Shown: positions 38,216-52,629, numbered from the stretch's first letter. The stretch is DNA of 64,000 nt from Marsupella aquatica (GCA_973895155.1 OZ316895.1:5087181-5151180), one strand, 5' to 3'. Program-made: numbers and translations. Notes: generated by a model from the sequence alone, not told the origin.

Positions 38216-40299
38216 CGGTAGAAACAGTAGTGAAAATATATAAATCACCAAGTTGAGAAAAGCGGTTTCCCACTCAATCTCAGTCGTCGTCAGTGGGACA
38301 CGGCAACAAACGTCAGGTTCTTTGTCTTGTCTTTTCTCTTCCCTCCAATTGATTGACGGAGAGTATAATAAGGGGACAAGCCTCGGCAGAGTACATCCAT
38401 GTCCCACTTGCGAGCTTGATTAATTAAAACACTCCTGTAGGAGAGATGCACTAGCTAGTGAGACCATTGTCGTGGTAGACTTTATCTTCTTTTTTTCCTC
38501 ATTCTACTGTAGGTCTTTTGTATTTGCATTTGCTCAATTTTTTAAATTTTTTATCCTCTTCTTTTTTTTCTTTTTTTCTTTTTTCTTTTTATCCTCTTCT
38601 TTTTTTAAGGCCGAAGCTTTAGGTATTTTATTTTTTAGGCCGAGTCCAAAATTCTTTGGTATTTGCATTTGCCCATTTCTTTTGAATTTGGTGCTGTCCT
38701 CTTTGTACTCATGGAGTGCTAGACCTTCTATTTGTTTCTCAACTTTTTACGTTTAATCACATTTTGGGGATTACATTTGCCCTCTTCTTTTGAATTTTGG
38801 TGGCTGTCCTTGTGTATTTAATTATATTGTACTTTGTTTGACCCTTCTTAGTAAACTAGTAGTGCTGTCCATTCTCTGAAAGCAAATAGAGGTGAGGACA
38901 TTCAAATCTCTTGCCATTCACCTATTTGAGTTCCATGGGTTTACTTCCACTGACCCTCACATGCTACACCATTTCCAGGACTCACCCTCCTCATTTTCCA
39001 TCCACACCCCAAACTTCACTTATGTCCTGAAAGTCAGGGTCTAGAGGTTTTACTGTAAACAAAAAACCCTGAAGTGCAGGTTCATGTTGTGATTACATAG
39101 TTAGATTGGTCAGTTAGAAAAGTTTCTTACTATCCCATCGCCCTAAACTAATCTAATTCTGTTTGGCAACATACCTGTTCCTTCGTTTTGCTTTGAAAAC
39201 TCCCTGAAGTGCACCAAATGAAACAACAGAAATATGTGGGTAGCTCTCAAAGGGAGACACAACCCAACCAAACCACAGATTGGCATGCACCAGGTGAGCA
39301 GGAAAACCTTGTTGCCACAGTGCATGCGTAGGCCCCAGCAGCTAGGGATGAACATCCCAGTCATCAATGCTAAAAATACTTAACTGTAGCCTGGTTAGCA
39401 AACCTAACTAAGTAGCCTATTCACCATGTACAGAAGAGTGCGCTACCTCTAAGGGTCCCCGAATAGCCAAACTATCCAAGGTGGATATGGTGGGACGGGA
39501 GGCAATGGCAGTCCCAGTGGTGTGTGCGTCTCACATGCAATTTGTTTTCCTTCATTCTTATCCCCACCCCCCTCTTTTGCAAAAGAAGATTGCCAGATGA
39601 GTCAAGATGGTGGACAAACATTAAAGTAAACCAAAGTCACTAGGATCTTTCTTTGTATACATAGCCATATTTGGGGGTCTAAAACTGCTAGGTCTGTCCG
39701 AGTTGCAAAGAAAAACATTGTCGTGTACTCGAGGATCAATTGATACCCCAACTCCCAACAAATAGAATTAAATTAAACTCATCACAAAACTAGTGTATGC
39801 AATTCTAATTCATTCTCATCATTTGAGCTGCTGGAATGGGCAGGATTCTCAACTTTCCCAATCTATTGCTTCTGTAACCCCTGCCTTTGATCGGGTACCT
39901 ATATATGGGCAATTCGTATTCAGTTGTTACGATTTGCTGGATTACAATTCGCTGAAAAGTCCTAGCCACTTCGGCAAAAAAACAACTAGGTTTCTTTATT
40001 ACTTTTCTCCTAAAACCCCATTAGCCAGAATTTTTAAGGTTATCAGTAAGTCTAGCAAGATCTACAGTAACCATCCAAATTAGATCTAGTAAGTAGTATT
40101 TTTAGCATCTTCGAGTGCTCAAGGTTCCCATTGCCAAAAAAAAAAGGGGAAATATAAACTAACCCTAAATTACGCTGGTACCTTCCACGACAAAGATGCG
40201 GTGTTGCAGGTTATTATTACAATAATCTTTTTTAAGGTACGGGTGGGTACCGTATCAGTTGTACTACCAAAACTGAATGAGCCTCCTCAGTCAGACTAA

Positions 40300-41400
40300 T
40301 ATTGGGGACTCTAGCTTGCTAGACGCTTCTTGAGGGATTCCAATCGGTACGTTCCATATAAATATAGCCACATCATCCTCATCATCATTTCTGCTGCAAT
40401 CTTTGCATTGACTATCAGCTGCCAAAACACTAGGAGACATGCTCCACAGAAGAAGACAAAGTCCACTCCTGAGGATAATAGTTTCCTTAGTTCGCGGTTG
40501 TCTTTCTGCACAGGGTGTTCATGGTCTTTCCATAGTTCATGGTCTTCTTTCGACAGAGGGTGTCCGTGGTGGCCCTTCAGAGGGCTCAGGCTTTTGCCAG
40601 TCTCCGTGAGGCGGTAGGTTGTAGGGCCACTAGACGAATTCTTCTCCGTGACCCTCCTGTGCATTTTACTCTTGTGCTCTACCAGGCTTTTTAATTTTCC
40701 GTCCTTTAGGGTTTTGGTTCCTTGTTTGTTTTCAAGTGTACCTTTGGTTTGTTGGGCCTGTTGGTCTTCCAAGGGGCTTTCCCTTTTCTCCTCCCTTTAT
40801 TGGGCCTTTTTTGCCTTTGAGATATGAATCCCTGTTCCTGTCTTTTTGGCAGTTTGGTACATATAGATGGCCCCACTCCCATCATTTTTAGAAACTGCTT
40901 CGACTACCAAGGAAAATTATATTCCCATGGACCAAGCCCCTTTACCATTCAACCCCATATACCTGGACAAATTTTATTCTTCACTACAATGCATTTGACC
41001 TGGACACCTTTTATACTTTCGCTAGTTAACGCCCTTCTGGTTTCCAAAAGAATTCTCAAGAGCAAAGTCTGGCCTTCAATATCTCCCTTGATATATAGTC
41101 TCATAGGTTCTTTTTGCTGGGGAACTTTAAGCCCAGATGGACCGACACCTTGTCTGCATCAGCCCCCATGGACTGAGTAAGGGCCTAAAGGTTTTTAAAG
41201 CCAAAAGGGACACGAACCGGCTTCCACATGGATGGAAAGTTGGCATTTCCATTATAGTAGTTAGGGCTAAACTTCCGTCCTGAGAGAAAAGTGGCATTAG
41301 GGTCAAAAAACTCCCACTATAAGGTCGGTCTAAAACCCCATTCCTGCTGTCATCATAGGCCTCGTTGAAAGTCACCGCTGTTCAGGTTTGATGACTTGTC
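40300..41400 (-). mobile_element. Degenerate Mutator-like (MuDR-domain) transposase remnant
   Basis: VHLGLKFPSKKNL*DYISR (~41143-41087) followed by KCIVVKNKICPGIW (~40996-40955) resembles the MuDR domain G..F.SK..L ... C....CPW; many stops. Boundaries approximate. Confidence 0.4.
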
Positions 41401-43679
41401 CCTATCGGGGTCCCTATGCCTACACTTGCACTGTTTGTTGCCAATAGATTTTTCTCATTTTCTCTCTTGATTCAATTCAGACTCCATAAATCCTTACGCT
41501 GTTCACTGTTTCACACCTGCATTTGTTGTGATTATCAGGTGCTCCCGCTGCTTGGGTTAGAAATGGCTTGGAAAAATCTTCCCAACCAATCTAATAACTC
41601 TAAAGTTCATGAAGACTCTAGACATTTATGAATCTCTAAAAATCACTCACTAGTCACACTTTACACTTTCCAAAAGTATTTGAGGATCTAACTTTGACTT
41701 TCACTATTTCCCTGGGTATCCAATGGAATCTGGTATTTTTGGGTTTGCTATAAACTGTCTGGAAATATTTTCCCATCGATGTCGTGACATATAGTATCGT
41801 AGCCATAGTGTATCAAAACATACAAAGCACTGGCAATGCACATGTGCAAGCTGCTAGCAACCAACATGCATAGAAAAAGTCCCATCACATTTAAAGTGCC
41901 AAGAAAAAGCAAATGAGGTGGTATGTATGTAGTGGAGGTGTAAACCTCTGTAAATCGAATCGAAAACCGGCGAGATGCCAAGATCGGCCGGGAGCATCTA
42001 ACGAATCACTGTGTGAATCCCGTTTATGGAACCGACGAGCACTGTATGAGCTCTGTCAACAGCGATTCAAGAAGAACTAAAAACTAACAAAGAAAGACAT
42101 GCCCTAAGTAAACAAAGTCTTGGCGTCACACTAACAAGCGCGTTTGTTTCAAGAACGCCTGGAATTTGCTATAAGAACATTCGCTAACTCAAGTAGTACA
42201 CTAGCCCTAACTACATACCTAGCGGGCATGCGAGGGACATGCCAATGTGCATAAGAGGCACTGTCCCTCGGCATGACATTGAAGCTAAGATCATCAATTT
42301 CATTTATATTTGAAAGACCTACAAACTTACAACCACAATTGTCTCATTTTCTTGCCACATTTCACTCATCAGAGTAATACTATATGAGCATAAAAGAGGG
42401 GTCCTTTGCAGTCCACCTGGACTGGAAAATATTTCTGAATGTTTTGGCAAATGTAGAGGTTCATCCAAGCTTCAAATTTGATTATCAAGAGTAATACAAA
42501 TTATACAATAATTATAGAAGAAGGATTGTCCAACAGGTGAAGCCCACTGGACCAGCTTGTGAACCCTACAATCCCTATCACACCCAGTTACACTGCACTG
42601 GCTCACACTCTTCGCACTTCTGAAAGTAGTTATCAGAAAACTTAGACCTTCAATTCTCTTGTAATATGCACTATGTTTGATTGTTCTAGCAATCATTAGA
42701 AGCCTCTTGGAAAGATCTATCTAAGGGGTCCAATATCACCATGTTCATACAAAACTCCAAACATGATTGCCTTAATAGGGGTTAAAAATCTCAATTGGGT
42801 GCATGAGACCTAACAAGTCATAGGTTATGTTGGGGGTTCCATATCATGAGACCCTGGAGCCTTTAGATTAAATTTCTCCAAGATCAGGTGCAATATGTGG
42901 AATGGTTCTCTTTGCCATTGCTCAATTCCACATGATGAAGATTAGCAGGAGTGGGGACACACAATCTCATTAAGTATGATGTTAACAAGGCGAGTCAAAG
43001 GCTTCAAGATGGACTAGAATAGAGACCCACTTCACCAACAGATTACCAGAAATAAATATTGAAACCTGTTGCTACTTGTGAAAAGTATGTTTACAAGTCA
43101 TCCTTGAACCAAAAGTGAAAATGTTTTATACTGGGTAAGCAACTTTTCATGTTTCCTTTGCCTGCATAGAAGCTTTTGTTTCTGTCCTTGCTGCTTTCGT
43201 TAGACAACTTGTGGCCAAAATATTCATTATTAATGGTGTGTAGGGCTAAGTGCCCTACTTTTAGGGCTTCTAGACAAATTTCTTGTCATGACCCTCCTAT
43301 CTGGTTTACTCTTGAGCTTTACCCACATTTCAGTTTAGTGTAACAATGGCTCTATTTCCTTTGCCCTTGTGTGAGACTCTTAAGTTTTTTTCTCTTTCGA
43401 CTTCATGGGGAGCTTTTTCTGTGTCTTCTTCCATTCATTGGGTCTCCTTCCTTTGGGATCTAGTTTTCTCTCAGGTTTTCTCCCCAATAACTGGGATAGT
43501 ACTAGTGGCAATAAAATAAGATCTAATAATAATTCATTCTTAGCCATTGATATTTATTGATCAATGGTGAATATCATGTACACTGAGTTGGTGCATAATG
43601 AACTCACTTTTGTAAAAATGGAATTGCTCACTTGCAAACTAGCAAATAGCAATTAAATATGGGTCCCTATCTAACCAAT

Positions 43680-44840
43680 GGGCTTGGGCTGAAATTTTGC
43701 TAAGAGATAGAGGAAAGCTAGAAGAATCTATAGTTAAAGTTTGAGCCTAAAGTAAGATCCAGATTCTGAGTTAAAAATTGAATTGGTCTTCCAACTTTGT
43801 CTTAGGCCGATCTTACCCTAAGCCAACTTTAATTAAGCTGACTAAATTGAAGTTGAGAGCCAAAGTCAAACTAAATCCTGACAAATTTTCATTTTGTAAT
43901 ATAACTACAAACTTTTTACAGAGAGGGCCAACAGAGTACAAAAAAACAAACAAAAGAGGTCCAAAGTGGACAAAAACCAAACTCAAAAGAAGTGAGCAAA
44001 AGGAAACCCCTAAAACTGAGAAAGAGGAACCAAAACTAACACAAATGGACCTTGGTCCGCATCAAACCTAGAAAATTTCATTTTCCTCCTTATTTAACAA
44101 AATGTGCTGTAGGTTTTTTGAGAGATAGAGGAAAACACGCCAGACCTTACCCTAAGTCCACTTTACCTAAGCCTACTAAGTCAAGCCTAGCCAGAATGAC
44201 CCAAATCCATGTGATTTGTCTCTTTCTACCTAGTACTCTGCTAAAACAATTGATATTTTGTAAGACATAGAAGATACCTGAGTAAAATCTTTGGTTAAAA
44301 CTTTGAGCTCAAACAAAGTTATGAATAGCTAGTTAACTCTAAAATGACACCCAATTCTAAGTTAAGCCGACATTACTCTTGTTGACTAAGTTGAAAGGGA
44401 GAAGCAAAGAAGCCAAAACATTAGTATTTCTCATTTCCTCCCTACTTAACCATCGTCTACAAATTTGGTAAGAGATAGGGACATGCTAAGGGAATCTGCT
44501 GTTAAACTCTGAGCTCAAACAAAGTTCCAGGCAATGAGTTGGAGATAAAGTGATACCTTGACTCTACCTTAAGCCAACCTCACCCTATAGCCCAAGGCCA
44601 ACTAAGTCAAAGAAGAGCAGCCAAAATCAAGCCAGGAATTGTTCATTTTCACGCTACTCAACCAAATGAGCTGAAGTTTTGTTGAGAGAGAGAGAAAACT
44701 ATGAGAATCTGTGGTTAAAATTTAAGCATATACAAAGTTCTAAATTCTGAGTTAAACATTATGAAACTATACTCAACTTTATCAAAAGCCTACCTCACCC
44801 TAAGCTGACTTCCTAAGTTGAGTAAGTCAAAGCCAAGTTC
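43680..44840. repeat. Old degenerate tandem array, ~200-220-bp unit, ~5 copies
   Basis: Recurring gagatag...aatct..ggttaaa..ttgagctcaaacaaagtt...ccctaagcc(a/g)act...taagt blocks near 43700, 44120, 44260, 44470 and 44685. Confidence 0.65.
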
Positions 44841-45696
44841 ATAATTTAGGCTATCTAGGTGCATTTCTAACTATTGAAAGATTATTCTTGGAATGTTAAT
44901 TTAGTGTTGGGCTTATTGAAATGTCAACCTACCTTATCAATTTTAAAGTTATAATTGGGGTTAGCCAATAACAGACCCTTGGAAATGTGTGCACCGGAAT
45001 GCCTTAACTTGTAACCTTACCAATTGTAAAGTTATGCTTGGTTGGAGGAATGTTTTGGGGTTTAGGGTTTTCTAAGATTTCATTGTCAATCTGAAGGGAA
45101 ACATTCAAGCTTCAGGGTGTACATCAAGTAGGAGAGTAGATACTTTTGTAAGGCCTCTCGGGATGTGATTTTAAGTCAGGGTTAATAGGATAGCATGTTT
45201 CTAGACATTTACAACTATAATAAAGGATCTCACTTTTTTAGTCCTTTGTCAATAAAAAAAGCTCCTGGGCGTGAAAAATACACAACCGTTAGATTAGTTT
45301 GATTGTTTTCCTGATCATTAATGGAGAAAATGGGCACCCTTGGCGCATATATGTTTCCTGAGTCTGCAGGCACTAGCCCTATGCCCCCCTCTTTTTTATA
45401 AAAAAAATAGCCCTATGCCCCTCTCGTTTTGATTAAAAAATAAAATATGACAATAAAAAAATAATATGTGCCAGTATTGTCAATTAGAACATATTTAGTT
45501 CTAAATTAATTGCAAAGGGAAACTACAAAGAAAAATCACATAGTCGTTACAAACTTGGACTCACATATTCGCTTCCAAGTACAAGAGTAGCTTGAGACAT
45601 TTTGTCGAAGCTCAGCGCAGCAATCTGAGCTTTATCAATTATCTGAGCTCTATCAATTACCACCTCTGTCTCGTTCAAACTCGTTTGCAAACCATT

Positions 45697-46003
45697 TCGA
45701 AGCGTTTTCTCGAGTTCCTGCGAAGAAACCTTACCTCCATCTACTCACACTCTGTCTCGGATTCGCTCGCTACTTCATTAGGTTTAAGCCTTCCGTCGAA
45801 ACTCAGAGCACAGAAATCATAGCTGGACTAATTCTGTCTGTGCACCAGGTCGAAGCACTTTCTCTAGTTCCTGCAAAGAAATTTTAGCTCGATCTACTCA
45901 CACTTTGTCTCGGTTTCGCTCGCTACTACGTTAGGTTTAAGCTTTCGGTCGAAACTCAGAGCACAGGAAGCATAGCTCTACAAATTCTGTCTGAGCACGG
46001 CGT
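45697..46003. repeat. 153-bp tandem duplication upstream of PP4R2
   Basis: tcgaagc...agttcctgc...atctactcacact...ttaggtttaagc...gtcgaaactcagagcacag...aattctgtctg starts at 45697 and 45850. Confidence 0.92.
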
Positions 46004-46270
46004 TTCGAGCATTCCGTGATCTTTGAATTTGACGTGCTGAAATATCTGCAATGATGACTCCCGGTTTTCACCGTCTAACAAGCAAGTGACAACAATTGAG
46101 AATTTCGCCCCGTTTCTTCCACTGTCCCGTGCGATTTCTGCCTGCGGACAGATGGACGGACAACAGTTTTGCTAGGGAGTGCCCTCACTTCGCTCGGGGA
46201 TCTCTCCTTCTGCCGTTTCAGTTTCCGCATTTGCGGTCGATTGATGTCCTGTCTGGGGACTTGATTTCCG

Positions 46271-49153
46271 ATGCAGGCTCTCGTAGAAACGATCCCTGGC
46301 TCCAACGCCCTCGAGACCTTCTGCAGGTATGAGTCATTTGAATATTTGCTACTACCACCAAGATCTGCACCGGGGCCCGTTTAGTCTACTTTTGCACCTG
46401 AAGTAAACCAATCTCTCTTTTTGCCATGTCAGTTTCCGTTATTTCCCGTAAATGGAGGTTTTCTCTGAGGTCAATCATCAATCTTCTGCTGTTCCCTGCC
46501 GTTCCCCCACTCTTGCTCCCCCCACCCCGAAATTGGCAATGAGCCGTCGCTACTACTGTCCAGTTGTTGTCCGTCACGGTGTCTCTTCTCGCATGCTGAA
46601 GGTTTGAGGTCTTCACGACGAAATATATATAAAACATTCGTTTCACACTTAAATTTGGTGACACAGAAAAGAAAACGGTCAAAGTGGAAGCATATATGCT
46701 TCCACTTGCGCATTTGAGTCGTCGGGTGGAATGTATTTGGTTCTCAGTTGCTGGATTCTCACGAGCTGTGACAGATTCGTCACTACTATTGCACGCCTTT
46801 ATCTCCGTGTTTCAGCTGTTGAGTGTGAAACGATTTTAGATGTTTGTCCCAGAGGACGTTAGTTCCCTATTTGCCGTTGGTCGATGACGCCTTCTTGAAG
46901 CTTTGCACAGAAGGGTGCGACATAAATATAAACCGGAAATTCACCGGGCCAACTCGTCATCAAGGCCTATAATTCTTCCCGGTTTCAACAAAGTGACCCG
47001 AGCTCGTAAGAAGCCGCATTCTTGAAATATGGTCGGGTTTTCTAAGCCGAGCTGTGGGATGAATGCAATTCTAGCTTAATTTATGTGGTGTCAATGATAT
47101 TGTATTTCTACTGCCAGGCAAGATGGAACTCAGAGAGAGTTCACTGGTGAGCTTCGAGGCATTTTGGAGGTGATTGCTAAAACTGGAAAGTACTGGTATG
47201 TACTATTTTGGTTGTCTTGCTTGATGTTTTGACCTGTTGTTACTCCTGTACTCGCTCTTTTGTCATCCTTGCCCTAAAGGTTTGAGATGGTCAGTATTGC
47301 ATCATCGTGTCCTCTCCGTTCTACCGTGATCCAATTTCCTTCCCATCACGGTGTAAGCTATCATCTCACTTCACAAGAACGTGCCTCCACCTCGGCACAG
47401 TTTTAAAGCGTGCACCTTTTGCTTCAATTGCAATTTCTATCTTTCGATGACTTTATTGGGTTCGTCTAGTGCAGTTCAGAGGACGACCCCTGCAGCTTCT
47501 CACCCGGGTGCTCATGACCTTGCAGGCATGACTGGTTGCAACTTAAATCGTTGCTGTGCTTTCGTTTAGCACAGGTATGAAGTTTAGGGTTTAAATTTTA
47601 TAGTACTGTACTGCACTTGAGCTTTTCCGTCGTAACTTAGATCTAATGTTGAGCAGTTTATGTCGCCTGAGCCGAGGAGCTGAGCTCGAGAACTGAATTG
47701 CAAGGTAGTTGCTACGTCGGTAATGTCGTGGCTAATTTTATTGATGACAAATTCCACAACTAGCATATATTGGTAACGCGTAGGAAAGGAGATTGGTAAT
47801 GTTGCAAAAGTAAATTATTGCCTGATATTACTTCCGCTCAGTCACGAGTACAGAATGGTGAATCCATTTTCACCATGCGTTTTGAAGTAAGTCTCTGCTC
47901 ACTGCTCCTATGCTTGCAGGTGCTGCAAGAGTACCATGCATCTGATATGCATGTAGATGATTCCACGGCTGAACTCATCCATGGTGAGCGATTCTCGGAT
48001 GTGCTAGATAGACTCCTCCAAGGTTTGTCACCAATGAACACGTGCTTTGTTTTTACTTTCTTGGCATCTTTCTGCAGCTGCTAAGGAGGAGGAACTTCAG
48101 GAGCGCTTGATTCAGTCTCTCAGATAAACGATTTTGCAAGAGTTGTGTTTTGGTTTGAAGTATGTTGAAGCTGAGAATGCTGTGCAGGCCTTGACTCATT
48201 TACAGAGGGAGCACCTTTCACCTGCCAACGACTCTGTGAGGTACGCTAAGATTAAATTTGCCATGAAGCAGTTTGAATTGCGGGGAGAGTGAATGTTACG
48301 TCTTCCATGGGAGTTGTTCTTGCATAGTACTACATTCAATTGTTGTGCATTTCCCCCCTTTCCACGAGTGGTGAACTGTTTGTGACTATTGTGTCTGTTT
48401 TTCTTGTTCTGATTCTGTGGGTGGCAACTTAATGTTAATGCCATCTACTGAGAATTGTGATATGTAGTTTTGCTTCAACTTTTGCTGCTTTCTCTTCCTT
48501 CTAATTGACTTCCTAATGTTGTGTGTGCTTGCACAGCTACTGCTAAACCCAAAAGATACTTATGTTCACCTCGACAAGCTGTCTCTGGCTTTTGAAAAAG
48601 TATGGAACCTATCCCTCAGAAGTATATCCCAAGAAGGGAGTTTATTTGCTGGTCTATTACAGTGTGACCGTCTCTTCACTTCGACACATTAAACGGTTCT
48701 TTAAAGCTATTGATCCGAAGTGACTTGGAACATTAAACTTTTCATTTTTGTTTGCAGCTTTTGTTGGTCACCTCCACCGAGCCTGCAAGCACAGATCCAT
48801 ATCCTTCAGCACCTCAGCCGTCTACGAAGGAGATAGGGCTGCTGCAAAAGGAGCAGGTGGCTGATGAGATTCTGCCTGAGCTCCTTACTGTAAATGGATC
48901 ACACGAAACCAATGGAAGTGATAAGGATATTCAGGATGATGAAATGGTTGATGTGGAAGGCATCGTTGATATCGTTGATAGGCCAGTGGAGGTAGTAGCA
49001 ACTGCGCCTGCTGTCTCTGAGGAATTTCCTGTGCAAAATGATACTCCTCAAACTGCAGCGCCCGAAGAATCAGAATCTGCAAATGGACACGTCGGAACTT
49101 CAGTGGATGGAGTAGTGGAAGGGATCGCTTCTGGGGAAATAAAGCCTGAGTGA
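46271..49153 (+). CDS. PP4R2: Serine/threonine protein phosphatase 4 regulatory subunit 2 (265 aa, 7 exons)
   Basis: Exons 46271-46326, 47118-47195, 47526-47574, 47920-48022, 48188-48240, 48537-48599, 48758-49153. Motifs LEVIAKTGKYWHDW, FTEGAPFTCQRLCELLLNPK, DKLSLAFEKLLLVTS and an acidic tail. Confidence 0.92.
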
Positions 49154-50149
49154 ATCGCAATTTGAGTCTTTGATCTTGGTACCCATGCGTACAAGAGGAT
49201 TTACCTACAGTTGTATTGAGAATTGGTCCTGAATAGCAGTTTGGGTTTTTGGCTCATATCTGCGAGCGGATCAACTTCGAATTTTTTCTTATCTCAAGAG
49301 GCTGCCCAAGTTCCCCGTCGATTTTTGGTGTAAATAGAATCATCCGCCTATTTTTGCAATTCTTACTTGAGTTTATCACGCGTATACCATTGTTGTGGAC
49401 ATATGGGCACAATTATCGTTATCCGTTCCGGGCTACGCAAATTTGATCGTAGCAAGAAAAAATAAATCCATACGGGATGGCACTGTATTGTGAAGTAAAT
49501 AACAGGCTAGAGGCACGTTGTGAGGTGGAAAAAAAGTTTAGGCATATGGTATGGCAGAGTATCGTAGATTAATTAGAGTGTGAGCCCGTGAAAGGTTGAC
49601 AGGAATTTTCGTATTGAAACGGCGTAGCTGGGCTGGAGACCGGAGTCCGAAATTCCTGGTCCTAAGTGGTGGTATTCTTCTTCAGCAAATCCAGCAGGTT
49701 CTGTCAGTGGGAGTCTGAGCAGCTTTAGCCTCTAGCATGCAGACAAACATCTCTGAAGCACTGGTCGTCACTGCGTGATACTGTATTTCTACGTTGATAC
49801 TAAGCTAGGTTGGGTGTGTGGTTGTTTACATTGAAATAGAGGTGCAGCTCTTGTGTTTTCTCACTATGTTAATTTTGTGTACAACGTACTTAAACTGTTT
49901 TGGCTAGGTACGTGTTCAGTACAGGATGAACCGAATGGTGTGAAAAAACGAGGTGAAATGCGGGTACAATGAAATGCCTGTCGGGCGACTTGCTGTTGAG
50001 AAGTGTTCAATTTTGTTGACGTATTTTTCTAATGAAGTAATTGGAATTTTTGCTTGGCGTGAGCGAATGCGCAAAATGAAGGATTGTCGGAGATTGTCAT
50101 GTGGTCGGTGGTGGGGAGAATGTGGTTTGCATCTATTTTGGTCTCTAAT

Positions 50150-52050
50150 CAGTGCTGCTTTTACTCGTGGCCAGGAGTGGATGTTGTCGGGTTGTCAATG
50201 CAGTGTATGTGTTATTGCTACTTAATGCCCTTCTAGATTTTTCCCTTCATATTTTACAGGGCATTCTGGGAGCATAACGCCCCGGTCAAGATCTGGAAGA
50301 TTCTCCTCTACTTTTTCTTTAAGTTAGGAAAGTGAAAATATTTCAGGCCTTATTAAGTGTAGTAATGTCCTGTTTCCGGAGCATCATGGGCAATAAACTC
50401 CTCAAAACTTGAGCGGGAGCTCTAGTTTTGGCGGGCATAATATCCCACCATGGTCTCTAGACAGGACTTTAGAGTATACGTTAGAGTACTGTTCGACATG
50501 GAAGTTTACATTATCCAGGTTGAAGCAGGAAATGCCCGAGGACTTGTATGGTATGCATGGCGGAATTATATTGCTGCTGCTCTCAGGACGGTGGCTTTTT
50601 CCGGGACTATGTGTCTGCCCCAGAAGTCACCAGTACATGAGGGGCAACTCATTTGTTTTCATCCAGATGCAGCCGGCCTCCTCTCTGCATGTTAGCTCCC
50701 TTGTTTTTGCTGCGTACTTGATGCTTAAATAATCTATTGGAGCTTCAATTCGTTTGGCATGTTTTTGTAGGGACATTGATGGCGAACTGTTTGTTGCCAG
50801 AGTACGAGTTGTGGAGGTGCTTCTTGGCTGCGAATGCTCTTATAACTGACTTCTGCTACTCTGGAAGGTATGTAAATTAGAGACCTGTGAAATATGCTCA
50901 ATGTTCAGAAGGTGACATTAAATGTATAGGGCAACACGGAAGACGCTGATGAAGTAATTCCAGAGCTTGGGGAGTCAAGGATGCGATGATTTCTGAAATA
51001 GATCAAAAGGCTGAGGAACTTAGTAGACAAGATATGGGTCAATTACAGGACGATGTTGTTAATTTCAGAGAGCAAATCTTTCATTGTGGAGAGGCAACAT
51101 CAATATCCGGAGATAGTGAGCTTGATGATGATTTACAAGACAAAGCTCTAACCGAAAGAAAGGAAAGTGTAGATGTTATGTGATTGCTCATATATTCAGC
51201 ATGTTGAAGAGGGTTTTCCACCCCATTTGATGCCTTTTGATACCAACGTTGGTGAAGGAGATGTATAACAAGTACTTTGACTTCAAGCCAAGTACACCTT
51301 GTTGCCCTCATTTTTGCCCTTTACATGGCATAATTCTCTGACACGGGTTGCTCAAAGCAATGTATCGCTGGTCGGTATTCTAATCTTAGAGGTGAGAGTT
51401 TGGATATGGTGAAAGTTAGTCCGTGAGCAATATCTGTAACCATAGCACACTGAATTGATTTTATTAGTCAATCCCTCGAAGAAAAACGGGCAAAGATCAT
51501 TGGCTTGTTTGCTAGCCGGTCTGGCCAAAGAAAAGATATTTGCAACCTCCCTGTATTGCAAAGCCAAATGACATCCATACATGATCCATTCTAGAAAAGA
51601 TTTCTTTATGGATTCCATGATAAGTCTCTTACAAAATTCACGGTCTATGGTTTGACGAGTCACTTTGAGATAGTTTTGTGAGGAGCACCACTAGGAGACT
51701 TCCCACTGAGACTTTACCACAATGAACCTTAATTCTCTATGATATGAGCCGGTGGTCCTGCCTGTGGTACGCTTCAGTTGTGTCTATATAGCAGTCCACC
51801 AGCAATCCACCTGCAATAAGTATGGCACCAGATGCAATCATGGGTACTTTTGTGATTGAATACACAACTAGTATTGTCTTCAATTGTTTAGAGGTTAGGT
51901 CTTCAGTTGTCAGAAGTTTAGAGGAAGTAAACCTGGCCTGTGATCTCCATGCGTTCATCGCTCTTGGATCTCCCCTACAAACAAATACTTGCTGGAGTTT
52001 TTGGACACAGCTTTGCTAAATCTGCACACTTTGTTCAAAAATTATTAAAT
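50150..52050 (-). mobile_element. Degenerate LINE (L1-like) ORF2 remnant, endonuclease plus RT
   Basis: Ordered relic motifs on the minus strand: ILIAGG (GDFN region), SSNHRP (SDHxP), N*PISCLLSSSAF*SISEIIASL (NWRPISLL...KIISKILA), PYKSSGIS (PFKYLGI), FQILTGALCS. Boundaries approximate. Confidence 0.55.
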
Positions 52051-52629
52051 GTTTTCAACTTTTATATCACACAACCATTATTGGCAACCAAGAATCCAAA
52101 CACTAGTAAATTTTTTCAAATTCCTTGAACTGTTTGCCCTTTTGAATTTGAGCTACTTTGGCTTCCACTACCAACAATTGAAGACACTTGGCGAGGAACA
52201 TAAGCGGGATTTGAAGTAGATACATGAGAATAAGCAACTACATATCAAGAATTATTGATGACAACATTAAGTTTGTATACACCTTGTGGGCTTCCACATC
52301 AAGTATTATTGCCACACCCTAAATCCATGGGTGATGCATCTCGTTGTTGGGCACGCCCTATCCTGTGGTGGTAAGGTGTCACATTCAAAAATGTTCACTT
52401 CACATAGATCCCCTCTGTCAAAGATTCATAGTGACACTGTCCTCTCCAACAGCTGATGTCGATATCCCTAAGTGTATCTCACAACATTATAGTGTCACCC
52501 AGATAGCATGCGAATGCTAACCAAATGACACTCAGCCTCCCAATATCCTCTAGTATGATGTATTCCCCCAAACCTTATGACACACACACTAGTCATCTTG
52601 ACAAAATGTGAAACAATGAACATAATAGT

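Noticed and set aside
37577-38407. 134-210-aa low-complexity ORFs on both strands
   Set aside because: Artefacts of the stop-poor pentamer array.
42400-43500. Another LINE relic (KAPG-like motif, minus strand)
   Set aside because: Only one weak motif.
45055-45072. Telomere-like TTTAGGG
   Set aside because: Fewer than three units, consistent with chance.
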